Assembly: GCA_032718475.1 (NCBI GenBank)
Contig: JAUCBJ010001975.1
Span: 36,649 to 100,648, forward strand
DNA: 64,000 nucleotides
From: Nemertoderma westbladi
Lineage: Eukaryota; Animalia; Xenacoelomorpha
Direction: 5' to 3'
A model generated the notes under the pieces. The model had not been told where the DNA came from and did no database searches. It saw nothing but the letters and a program-made list of their open reading frames with translations. The number at the start of each line of letters is the position of its first letter. The stretch's first letter is position 1. A program made the translations under genes and the position numbers. Shown here piece by piece: positions 63,927-64,000 of the stretch.

Positions 63927-64000
63927 CCTAAGATTGTGTACATTTGGACCTAAGATTGTGTACATTTGGACCTAAGATTGTGTACATTTGGACCTGAGAT
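63927..64000. repeat. Start of a 22-bp minisatellite CCTAAGATTGTGTACATTTGGA
   Basis: Three copies plus the start of a fourth at the window edge. Confidence 0.85.

Overview
Eukaryotic, AT-rich animal genomic DNA, probably from an invertebrate. The window is the middle of one + strand, multi-exon gene for an SCO-spondin-like secreted protein: end of a vWF-D domain, then C8, TIL, a short Cys-rich E/vWC-like module and LDL-receptor class A repeats. Ten GT-AG exons totalling 1312 nt (about 2% of the window) join in one open frame, and the gene runs off both ends. Its introns hold about 55 kb of tandem repeats from eight unrelated families. Three arrays are amplified copies of the gene's own exon-intron junctions: a 17-kb array of a 37-bp donor-spanning unit (about 420 copies), a 0.85-kb array of a 44-bp donor-spanning unit (about 19 copies) and an 18-kb array of a 38-bp acceptor-spanning unit (about 480 copies). 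Each 38-bp unit reads GT...TACTAAT...YAG, like a tandem micro-intron or recursive splice site. Also present: two copies of a TTAA-flanked Kolobok-like MITE carrying a CTCF-type motif, a 5'-truncated CRE-type non-LTR retrotransposon, a decayed Penelope-like element with a hammerhead-ribozyme-like core, and a tRNA-derived fragment. Copy numbers are length/period estimates, and family assignments come from motif recognition, not database searches.
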